DNA of 63,274 nucleotides, counting the filler, from Kipferlia bialata (Eukaryota): assembly GCA_003568945.1 (NCBI GenBank). It is 3 parts of 3 records of this genome, joined end to end, with 100 filler letters (N's around TTAATTAATTAA, not from the genome) between each part and the next. Parts side by side here need not be neighbours in the genome. Positions count along the whole stretch, not along the records: positions 19,986 to 42,877 come from BDIP01000273.1; 2 more parts are not named here. One strand, written 5' to 3'. Below the pieces are notes generated by a model, which saw only the letters and a list, made by a program, of their open reading frames with translations, was not told the origin of the DNA and did no database searches. Within the stretch, counting starts at the first letter, position 1; the number at the start of each line of letters is the position of its first letter. Positions 26,171 to 37,454 of this stretch are shown piece by piece. The translations under genes were made by a program, and so were the position numbers.

Positions 26171-29100
26171 CTATATCTGGCTCAGACAGGCCAAGGCAGC
26201 AGCGGTCAGGGAGGGGAAGGTATGGATTAACGGAGAGAGAGGGAGAGAGGGAGAGGGTATACATTGACATGGGGTGCTGACCTTCAGGCCCTGATGCTTG
26301 AGCAGCTCATCCAGCACTATGTATCATGATATACACATATATACATATATATATATGGTATATATGTATATGTATATACGCAATACTAACCCCAGTCCCT
26401 CATGCTTGAGCAGCTCATCCAGCACTATGTGACTGGTGACCTGCAGAGGCACAAGGACTACTCGGGAGAGTGGGTCAAGGTGTGTTGCGGAGTATTTAAT
26501 GGTGTATTCTAGATGCATGGAAAAGTGTGTGAAATGCTTATGTAATATATGTAGATGCTCTTGGATCACTCTGGGGCATAAGGGCTATTGGGTAGAGTAG
26601 GTAAAGGTATGTTGAAGCTTCCACACTCGTTAGGGATACGACACGACCCCTCCCTCTACACCCATCCGACACAAGGACAAGGACCCCAACGTCGAGTCCT
26701 ACATTGGCTTCATCGAGACATACAGAGACCCCCTCGGAGTCAGGGCTGAGGTACTGACTTGGCACACATATATATATATATATATATATGTGGTTGTCTA
26801 TATATGGTGGTCTGCAATCAAATACTTATATATCCCCTGGAAGTCAGGGCTGCGGTATGGTGACCATCTAATGAAGACTCTCTCTTTCGATATACTAACC
26901 CCAGTACGAGTCCCTCGTGGCCTGTGTCAACCAGTTCCCTCTTCTATCACTATTTGTAGTACATGATAAGTATTCGCAGACATCCCCCTCTAACCTTAGT
27001 ACGAGTCCCTGGTGGCCTGTGTTAACCAGGCCACTCTCAGTCAGTACCATGCACTCCTGGCACAGGCCAAGGTATACATGTGTAAACACACATCTATGTT
27101 AACACATAGCCTTACCCCCCAGTCTGTCATTGTCACCCTGCTCCTCCTCACATTTACGTATATCCACACCTATATGTATACATATCATGTACCCAGCTCT
27201 TGTTCCTCCTTACCCCCTAGTCTGTTATTGGCACTCCGCCCCATTTTAACATCTACTCACAATTTGCTATCCTGCTACAACATGCATTCCTATACTACTA
27301 CATTGCATATATTGATACAACCCCTTACCCCCAGTCTGTCATTGCCTTCTTCTAATGTGTATCATATATGATATATTGCTCCATTATGTTCTCTCTATAG
27401 CTATTCTTACCCCCCAGTCTGTCATAGCCACCCTGCCCCACCCAGACACCATGGAGAGAGAGACATTCACACCGCCCACATACACAGGTGTTTTCGGTGT
27501 ATGACAATTCTTCTCAATAATGGAGGTGCTGTGTGTATATCTTACATTCAGGTCTCTCTGTACTTGGTTTCCTGACCACCGGTCTCCCCATCGGAATCAA
27601 CATCCCCAACTACGGTATGGATATGCTCATATACATGTGTGGGACTCTCAGTTAGGGATATGTTGTGCCACGTGTAGATCATATCAGCACTTTACTCTAG
27701 ATGTCTATATATTTCTGTACTCCCCTTTCTTACCCTAGATGATGTCCGTAACTCCATCGGGTTCAAGAACGTGTCACTGGAGACAGTCATGACAGCTAGG
27801 TGGGTATATGTGCTCTTATATTACAAATATACAAATATATATGTATCTATACATATATATAAATATTCTAGTGTCTGCATATACTTTAGAGATAGCTGTG
27901 TCACTGGAGACAGTCATGACAGCCAGGTACCAAGATGTATCATCCTCTGAGTAGTAGTAGTGGCTGTCTCACTTACTCTGAAGCCCACATGATTGTATCA
28001 ATGTAAACATATTAGCATTTGTGTTGAATAGGTACCTAACCCTAGGAAGCCCACCGACAAGTCCCTGTACTTCCTGACCCCACCACACAAGGCACTGGCC
28101 AAGAAGCACAACGCTCAGGTACAACTTTCAATATTAATTTGTACTAATAATATACATAATATATATATTGAGAGAGAGAGAGCTACGGATAGTATACTCC
28201 CACAAGGCACTGGCCAAGAAGCACAACGCACAGGTACACTTATGCATCTCTTCAGATATTCTCTTCTTCTCTGAGACTGGGCTCATGATTTCCATAGTTC
28301 TAAACATCTCACTCTAGGTCCTCACTGTGCATGTGGCCCTTCACGAGCTCTTGGGACACGGATCAGTGGCACTCCTTGGTAAGTGACGACTCTTAAGCAC
28401 TGCTATCCTGAGTCCTCTTGTTACAACATTCAGTACTCTGAACCTGTGTATAGATATGGAATAATACCCCCCTCACCCCAGATGAGGATGCAGTCAAGAC
28501 CAGGCAGCCTGTCAACCCACTCACAGGGGAGGTGGGTGGATAGTACATATAGATAGTATGTATACATATACAGGATATATATCTACCTGTCAACCCACTC
28601 ACAGGGGAGGTGTGGGGATAGTATTCTCAGCTGTACTGGATTGTCATACCTCTAAAACCATATTTACATCTCACCTTTCTAGGTTGTGACCCAGTGGTAC
28701 AAGCAGGGCGAGACATACGACAACGTCTTTGGAGGAATCGGATCGAGGTGTGATAATTTGTATCAACATATAGCTTTGTCGCTGTTTCTCTCTATTACTG
28801 GTGTCTATGTGTATCTATACTCCACCAACTTTCAGCCTCGAGGAGTGCCGTGCCGAGTCCACTGCTCTGTTCCTCAGTGACAACCCCACTGTGCTGGACG
28901 TGTTTGGAGTGAAGGAGGAAGGTGTGATACTCATATATGCATGATATATACTTGATATACATACTACTATGAGAGACAACCCAACGGTGCTGGATGTGTT
29001 TGGGGTGGAGGAGGAAGGTAAGCACCGTGATTTCTCTAAGTTCATTGATTTATGTCCATCAATTGTACATTTTATACTGATACATACACTGTGCTAGGTA

Positions 29101-30178
29101 TTTGGGGTAAAATTGGATGTAGGACCTCCTTCAGGTCCTGAGCCTAGAGTACTCAGCGTGCAGTAGTTGTCCACCTCTAACCCCAGACAGAAAGGGCTTC
29201 ATCGAGACATGCTACATCGACATGCTGAGAGCAGGTATGTGATAGTAAGTATATACACACATATATGCATACATATATATGTGTGTGTATATGTATACAC
29301 ATCGACATGCTCAGAGCAGGTATGGCACAGAAAGCCCTACTCTATCATGTATAGTGCGTACATGTATATACACATAGATATATAGAAACATAGTTAAGCA
29401 ATATATATACATATACACATTCATACATCGACATGCTCAGAGCAGGTATGGTGCATGAATGGCTATTGATATATATATATGAATATATATGTGGAGGGAC
29501 AGAGAATGAGAGAGAGGTCGTTTTAGCATCTGGACAGCTGAGAGCCATTATTGTTACCAATATAGCTATTGTATGACATGCTGCATTAGTAGTCAATGAC
29601 TCTCTGATTTAATGAGAAAGAGAGAAGCCAAACTTATGTCGAACAGTATGATCTCTACCTGGCATTGTTGCCACCCTGTTATTTGACACGTATGGCCATA
29701 TTTGTGACCCCTATATACTACACATGTTATATGTAACAACACTTACCCCCAGGCCTTGTGGCCACCATGTTCTACGATGTGGACAGCAAGAAGTGGCTGC
29801 AGGCACACTCACAGGCCAGGTATACTGGCCACAATGTATCACAATATGTATATATACATAAAGAAGTAGATACTGCTACAGGGTATGTCATGAAGTGGCT
29901 GCAGGCACACTCACAGGCTTGGTGTGTATTACATATGATATGTATCCTGAAATGATTGCATTTCACCCCCCACTTTCCAATCTCCGTGCTTATGATACCC
30001 CTCCACCCTATGTTCCTTATTATGTCCTGCAAGTTCCACCACACTTGACAAATGTTATACCTATATGTGAGGGTGTACTGTTACAAGTATATGCAAATGT
30101 ATGTCTCACCATAGGTTCCTCATTCTGTCCTACATGCTCAAGCACGCCCCTGCTGCTGTCCAGATATGCGGACAGGTA

Positions 30179-30215
<37 letters not shown>

Positions 30216-31628
30216 GTCTCTTTCTCCCTCTCTCTCTCCCTCTCTCTCTCTGCCTAACTAACCCTTCCAGGGCAAGGCAGCTCACCTCAACGTCAACTTT
30301 GACAGGATGCAGGTATGGGTCTACTTAGCGAGTATTCGATGTCATTGATTCTTGTATCCTTTGGACCACTCTTTCGCCCTAGTAACTATATTTTCCCTTC
30401 TAGTCTTCTTTGACAGGATGCAGGTATGGGTCACACTTGAGTCTCCTTCTCTTCTCGTATTCTGAGGATACTGTTCTACCCTGAGAGTAGCCAAAAGCAT
30501 TTTTCTTTCCTACCATTATCCGCAAACGTTGTATATCCTAACTATAAGGACACCCTCCTCCCCTGTGTCTCCAAGCTCCTGCTGACACTCAACGTCATGA
30601 GGGCAACAGGTGTGTCAGCTCACGTACTGAGTAATATGTATATTATACTTTATGCATCGCAGATACATCACGATGTTATTGAGTCACTTCCATTCTTACG
30701 TTTACCATTCGACCGTATTCTGTAGGTGTTCCTGTCTTCTCTACCCCTCAGGTGACCTTGAGACTGGCAAGGCACTGCTGGCTGAGTACACTGTGCTGGA
30801 TGAGTACATGGTGGAGCTGAGACAGGTATTCTATACACAATTGAATATATATATATTCCTATGTTGAATGTCTACTGAGGATTGACGAGTATTAATGTAT
30901 GTATGTATACCATGAATTGCAAGACGACCCTCTCCCTCTCCACTCCTTACCCCCAGGCCGCCTTTGACCTCCGTCCCCCCAGGGCTGTGTACGCCCAGCC
31001 AGAGATACTCAGAGACGTCGAGGGCGAGGTACCTATCGTACTCTCTTTTATAACCGTTGGACTCTCAGTGCACTCGTTACATCTCTCTCTCCTTAACTCT
31101 TCATAATCCATATGTACGTGACTATATGTCCCTCACCCCCAGGTCACCTTCCGCACTGCCTCTTTGTAATCACTCTTTTGCCTCCGATTATTCTCACAGC
31201 TATGTCTACACAAAATCCATTTACCCCAGGTCACCCTGCGCACTGCCTCTTTGTCACTCATTTGCGTCTCTTCTGATTGAATATATATAGTGTCTATCAA
31301 TTCAAGAAACCCCTAATTCTAGGTCACCCTGCGCACTGCCTCTGAGCCCTCCGAGAGAGTGGTCCCAGAGGGGCTGGAGGCACTCATCATGAGGTACCAG
31401 ATATTGTATACATATGGCAGAGGATAGGTTATTCTGTCCATGCATCAGTGGTTTCGTAGAGGCCATATGCACTTTATATGGCATTGGTGTCTGACTCCCC
31501 CCCCCCTCCGCAATACTGTATTGGTATTTATCCCACTGACTCTTGTTTTCATTATTGTGACTCACACCAGTCGTGTTCGCACCCAGGCCATTGTTGAGGA
31601 GCTTGGGGAGGCAGAGTACACTCTATAG
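22701..31628 (+). CDS. DPP3: Dipeptidyl peptidase III (M49 metallopeptidase), about 30 small exons; first ~55 aa not found
   Basis: GNYSGFGDRKIVP (~23365), YIGFIETYRDP (~26700), PIGINIPNYDDVR, HELLGH (28342-28359), EECRAE (28840-28857), WLQAHSQAR; stop TAG at 31626-31628. Confidence 0.93.
24291..24375. other. Intra-scaffold assembly gap
   Basis: Run of Ns inside a DPP3 intron. Confidence 0.95.
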
Positions 31629-32152
31629 AGAGTAGAGAGAGAGAAGAGAAGAGAGAGAGAGAGAGAGAGAGGTCATTGAGAGAAGAATTCATTGGGCGAG
31701 TGTCCTTTCTCTACATGGTCGTAGACACTCCTGCTACATCTACGCCAGGAGACAATGGCTCAACCATTAATGTATGCCACTCACATACCATACTACATAA
31801 ATTCCAGTAAGGGGAGTAGGGTACTACGCACTGTGGAAGGGGGTGCATACACATACATATATTTTATACAGTACACTATATCTTTACATGTATACTGCAC
31901 TCTATATGTCATATTCAAATACAAAGAGTCAGTGTTACCTACGGCAGGTCCTGTCATATCAAACAGTGTGTGTCATACAGCCTTGAGATGAATTTGTCTG
32001 CATAGCTAATATCCTCTGGTCCTATTACAAGTAGTGCGGGCTGAGCAGACATATCATCATATATTTACTATCATGGTCCTGATTCAGGACCTGAATGACC
32101 TAGTCTATGGCTCAGCCAACTCTACATCCAGATACTACGCCAAGCTAACGCA

Positions 32153-33286
32153 TTATAGTTCTCTCTCACTCTCAACATCTGAGTCCAGATCGCCCCCTAG
32201 GGGACAAACCAGGTTCAGAGGTGAACCGTCATACTCTCCGTGGTATCCGCACATCACTTCAGCCGGAATCTTTCTGAGGACTCCCTGCAGCCTCTTGACC
32301 TTCAACTCAAGGAGGTCCTTCCTTCTAATGACCTCGGCAGCTTTGTCCTTCTCCTTGCGGTATAGGACCATTGCCTGTCTGTACTCGTTGTCCTTCTGGG
32401 CAAGGGCAAGCACGTGCTCCTCCTCGTCAGCTGCCTTGTCATCTATGAGATCCCCTATGCAGAGGTCCAGCTGCTGGACGAGTCCTCGGAGGAGCACGTT
32501 CTCTTCGGTCTCACAGGTCTCTTCATGAAAGTCTGCAGCACGCTGGAACATTGTCATCAGCTGGTTGTGTCTGGTATATATCACCATCTCTCTCTCGCTG
32601 TCTTTCCCCTCATCAACTGCCATCTCACCAACAGCATCCTCTTGATGGTCGTTGTTGTCGCTCTCGCTCTCAACATCTGAGTCGAGATCTCCACCTAGTG
32701 GCCAAAGAAGGTTCAGAGGGGATCCGTTGTACTCTCCATGGTATTCACCTATCACGTCACTGGGAATCGACCTCAGGACTCCCTGCAGCCTGTGGACCTT
32801 CACCTCGAGGACGTCCTTCCCTCTAGTGACGCTAGAAACCTGGTCCTTGTCTCTTTCACCCTGGTAAAGCCGCATAGCCAAGACCCTTTGTTTCTCCTTC
32901 TGAGCAATGGCCGCCACGTGTGCCTCTTTGCGAGCATTTCTCTCATCTATGAGACCCCCAAGTGTGGATGACATCCACACAACGGTTGAGATGAGGTTTT
33001 CATCCTCGTTGTTCTCAAGAGGCTCCCGATCAGCATGGGATTGAAACAACGTCTTCCTCCCGTTCTCCACCTCCTCTGCTGACATCATAGCCTCGAAGTT
33101 GTAGTGAATGTCTGGATACCTGGGGTCTATATCACCAGGTGCAATCCTAGCCGCACGAAAGAGGGCTGAATCCCCGTGCTCTTCCTCAAGCTCGCGGAAC
33201 TGCTCCATGGCATCATTCATCCGCCAGTGTAACATGGCATTGAGGCATTGGCTGCGTACCTCGATGGGATGGTGGCTGCGAGGCAT
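32153..33286 (-). CDS. Hypothetical, apparently intronless, coiled-coil-rich protein with an internal two-fold duplication
   Basis: About 377-codon open frame with two copies of ...KV(H/K)RLQGVLR.IP..V.G.YHGEY.GSPLNL..PLGGDLDSDVESE. Start uncertain; a 5' exon is possible. Confidence 0.65.
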   Translation of the reverse strand: MPRSHHPIEVRSQCLNAMLHWRMNDAMEQFRELEEEHGDSALFRAARIAPGDIDPRYPDIHYNFEAMMSAEEVENGRKTLFQSHADREPLENNEDENLISTVVWMSSTLGGLIDERNARKEAHVAAIAQKEKQRVLAMRLYQGERDKDQVSSVTRGKDVLEVKVHRLQGVLRSIPSDVIGEYHGEYNGSPLNLLWPLGGDLDSDVESESDNNDHQEDAVGEMAVDEGKDSEREMVIYTRHNQLMTMFQRAADFHEETCETEENVLLRGLVQQLDLCIGDLIDDKAADEEEHVLALAQKDNEYRQAMVLYRKEKDKAAEVIRRKDLLELKVKRLQGVLRKIPAEVMCGYHGEYDGSPLNLVCPLGGDLDSDVESEREL

Positions 33287-33625
33287 TGGTAGCACTGGCT
33301 GTCAAACTGGACGTGAGGTTATGACTGCTTCAATCATGGGTCAAAATAGATACCGTCTATGGGCGGATATGTGTCATAATCACGAGAATATGTCTACAAC
33401 AGGACAGTATGACCATATATTTATATGGTCATATATGGCATATATATCTCACCTAGTGTATCCTTTGCCTCAATATTCCAAAACTACTGTCAAAACTCAT
33501 AACAAAATCAGCGAGGTTATGTGCCACACAAATATGGAAATATTGAATTACTATTATTATATATTCTCTATCTATGTTATTGACCACTCTAACTACAACA
33601 GAACCATCATAGAGATAGCGGACAA

Positions 33626-34076
33626 TCATCTCAGGCTGCGATTCGCAGCCCCATTGATAGAGAGACAGAGCAGGAGTGAAACGTGGTAGGGTGACCCTAC
33701 TAGGGTCAGAGACAGTAGGAGACCAGACATACCTTTACGAGTCTGAGTGAAGCAGGAGCCCAACTAGACGGGTACCACCTTGAGTGAGAATTGCTGTGGG
33801 GAGAGTGGAAGGGCAGAGAGATTGGTTACAAGGTGATAGACTCGGGGAAGGGGGGTCGAGTGGTTATGGTTGAGGGGAGGGAGAGAGAGTACCTGGGAGG
33901 CACAAAGAGGGACAGAGAAAGAGAGAAAGAGTAGGTCCAGCAGTGTATATATACTTGGCAGGCACCGAGATAAGGAGAGGTATACTGGATAGGGTGTGCA
34001 CGGCAGATACAGAGGGAGGAGACAACACACACCTTGACTATCCCTGAGAATAACAGTATCCCCCTGGTCTAACTTC
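33626..34076 (-). CDS. 3' exons of a hypothetical protein; 5' part not visible
   Basis: Series of phase-compatible small exons with typical acceptors (...YSLSLPSTITTRPPFPESITF/NSHSRWYPSSWAPASLRLVK/GHPTTFHSCSVSLYQWAANRSLR*). Confidence 0.35.
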
Positions 34077-34247
34077 TATGGTGAGAAAGAGGAGGCGTCG
34101 GGGGGGGGGGGGGGGGGGAAAAATAAAAAAAACTTTTTAAACATATCCTCTCCTATCTCTCTCTTTGTCTCACCCGCCTCCTCTCTGAAGGAGGACCTCT
34201 CTCCCTGTCTTCCTCTCTCCCTGTCTCCCCCCCCTCCCTCACCCCAG

Positions 34248-36947
34248 TGTGACCAGTGCAGCAGGATGGGCTATGTCTACAGCATGTGTGGCAGCATCTA
34301 CCCTGCTCAGCAGTGATGCAGGACAGGGTGCAGACACAGACACAGGTGGTGTAGGCAGCACTGGCATGGGGTGTGCAGGTGTCGATACTGGTGTCAATGC
34401 TGCCCCTTCCCCCAAGGCTGAGGTACCTGTTCTTTTTACAGCACCTGTGGTACACTATATATATCTCCTGTCAGTATGTGAGGGATGAACACTACTACTC
34501 CCATAACTCTCCCTCTCCAGTCCCTCCGTGTGTGTCTCCATCTTCAGACGGGAACTCTCTCTGGTACACTCTTTCGCCATGGTGCTTCAATACTTACCAC
34601 TCTCTATATACAATACATACGACTCTATGAATAGTATACATTGTATATCCATATATCTCAGCTCTATGTGTATGTCCCCCAGCCCTGACCCCCAGACGCC
34701 CAGCCCCAGCACTATGGGGGATGACATATACCACATCATAAGCAGCCTGACAACTGAGACAGTCACGGCCTGTAGTGACAGGGTGACAGGCCTGTTCAGC
34801 GGTCTGATGGATAGAGTAGACACCGTGCCCCTCTCTGTCAGACAGTCACTGGTGCTCTATCTGGCAGAGACCATTGTAGAGGATGCATGCATGGAGGATA
34901 GACCCAAGGGGGTGCACGTGCAGCTGCTCAAGGCACTCAAGGTATGGTGCCAGTCAAGTATATAGTGTTAGGGTACTTTGATAGTGCTACTATGACAGTA
35001 CTACTATGATAGTACTACTATGATAGTACTACTGTGATATTTCTACTATATAGCACTATCCCATGGTACCCAGGTGGCACCTGGGCCAGGTGCACTCAAC
35101 CTTTATTGATACGCGATCTGTCTTTCTATCATTGTTTCTAATACCCAGTCCGACCCAAAGTTCAGTGTCGTCTATCCAGACGAGTATGAGACAGCAGATG
35201 GAGAGTTCCCTCCCTTCTCACGTGGGTTTGAGCAGACACTCGCCGCAACTAGGGCTAGGTACCAGTTGTTGCAAGATACTTATCACTCTATATACCGTAT
35301 TGTATATAGTATAGGAATCATACAATATATGACCCCAGCATTGAGTCCAAGTTAGCACGAGCCATTGGAATGATAGAGGCACATGTAATGAACCCATGCA
35401 ACGCTGAACTTCCGAGTGAAGAGGTGGGAAGACATACGATTGTACATATGTAGTATGTAGTATACATTATACTATTTCTCATATACTATACAATTTACAA
35501 TATAGACATATATAGATATCATATATAGTTTCGAATGTAGAGCATTCATTGTAGAGTATACACTATTTCAGGCTGACCCAGACCATCCAGAGCATCGTCG
35601 ACTGGCGCAATAGACTCATAACTGGAGGGGACCCTTGTATACCCAACCCCCTCCTTATCCAGAGTGTGTCTTTTGAGAGGCTCGGAAATTGCGTGGCTCG
35701 TTGCGTCAGGGACGAGTTTAGACAGAAAGGACCAAGGTAAAAGAAGCGTATTCATTATGTCAACACCCATGTATATATATGAAAGTGTGCATCAATACCT
35801 CTTATCCTAGCAGCGCAACCTACCTGCCACATGACTGTCTGTCTAAGACAGAGAACGAGAGGCGCAAGGGCCTATGCAGGAGCCACATGCACAGGACCAT
35901 TAGGTGGGGTAGCCAGTGTTCCATGTAGTATGGATATAGTATGTATAGTATACATTGTATAGTATACGTTGTATACTATGTAATGAATACATATAGATTA
36001 CGGTGGCACCTGAAGGCCTGAGGGTCACTCAAGTGACTTGAATCTTCTTGTGTTTCAGTTAAGGATAGTGTAGCACCCATTGTACATTCCGCATCCTGTA
36101 ATATGTACCTCTGTGTCCTCTTCCTGCTCTCCATACCAGTCATATTCATATCTATACCAGTCCGATAACAGACTCTCTCATAATCACGTAAGTATAATCA
36201 GTTGGTATACCCATATTCATCATATCACTATCAACAGTGAGATTTCCACCCTTTTCCATTGTATGTCTCTCATACCCAGGTTCATTGGGGATCTGTACAA
36301 CAACGACTTCCTCCCAGCGAATATTGTTGCTGGAACCTGCCTTCGCTCCCTTGTGCTGGATCCCATACTGATACACACAGTGCGCAGGTGATATTGACTA
36401 TATGTACTTCACATAATACAAATACTGACTATCAGAATCAGATTCTGACAGAGCTTGTATCATAGTTATAGTATGATCGTGTAATGTAGTGTGTGCCGTC
36501 TGTGTACTGATATACCAGGTTCCCCGACCACGACGTCATGTCCCCAGACTATATGGATGCCCTCCGGTACAGTGCCCTCTTTGGAGAGACTCTGTGATAG
36601 TCTCCCCCTGCCGTGTCATACAGTACATGCAGCTGTTTGCAGAGACCTTTGGCTGGGAGATGTATGCAGTTGAGGAGAGTGCCCAGGACTTCGACTTTGC
36701 ATCTATTGGGGAGGGTGCCCTGCTTCTCAAGGCAGTCGGGTACAAGCTCAGCGAGCCCTGCAACGCCAAGAAGCAGCTCTTCCCTGGCTACCCCGAGTAC
36801 GGTGATGTCGACACCCTCCTGACCCTTGTGATAGATGCCATGTCCGGTCTCATTAGGGAGAGCAGTCCACCCCCTGGCGTCACGGATGTACTGCGGGAGG
36901 TGGTCAAGATGCACTGGGGGGATGCATACCCCTACCCGTCGGAGTGA
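34248..36947 (+). CDS. Hypothetical protein with a probable MIF4G (eIF4G middle-domain-like) HEAT domain; 5' end uncertain or missing
   Basis: Exons IYHIISSLTTETV...LAETIVEDACMEDRPKGVHVQLLKALK and RTIRFIGDLYNNDFLPANIVAGTCLRSL resemble the MIF4G motifs ILNKLT...IV.KA..EP.F...YA.LC..L and G.I.FIGELY...L...I...C...L. Not all intron phases were resolved. Confidence 0.5.
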
Positions 36948-37454
36948 TGCACTAGCTAACGGAAGTATGGCAGACAGTCTGATTCACCTGTGGAGACCGC
37001 TTCATTACCAGGAATAGATTCTTTGAATGATTTTTGGTGATTTCAACTGGCAAAGAGCTAGCTAGGGACAGACGGTGGTGAGGAGTCATGAGAAGAGGAG
37101 TGGAGATAGAGTAGATACATGTATAGACTGCGAACGTGGAGGTGGTGGAAGGGGGGTGGGTGGGAGTAGCAGACAAGAACAAGGCCTGGTCGTACACCAA
37201 CTAGTGATTCACCCTCGCCTCCTTCACGGTTGTTAGATAGACTTCAGATCCCTAAATACTACATATCTATTTGACTCTGTCTCTTCTATATCACCCACAT
37301 ATCATCCACCGACTACTGACTTCGCATCATTCGCCCCAAACTGGGTATCTTCACACTATAGTGTGCCATGCGACTGTTATGACGGATGGTACTAGAGAAC
37401 CCTCCCTGAGGTCCATGTATACACGTGACTGCTCGGCTACCACTGTTCACACCC

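Larger units (their letters stand above)
20066..31345 (+). repeat. Dense array of intronic partial copies ('echoes') of neighbouring exon ends, interleaved with (TA)n/(GA)n/(TC)n microsatellites
   Basis: Examples: tgtcatgctgagcaaggtggcacagttcaaggt at ~20241/20343/20442/20552; gacaggaagattgtgcccagggtgcccatggag at ~23385/23493/23622; tggct(g/c)ag(g/a)caggccaaggcagc at 25932/26076/26178. Confidence 0.92.

Noticed and set aside
20044..26270. ORFs rich in YIYIY/ERERE/SLSLS
   Set aside because: Translations of (TA)n/(GA)n intronic microsatellites
34980..35050. Tandem gatagtactactat repeats
   Set aside because: Ordinary intronic minisatellite with no further structure
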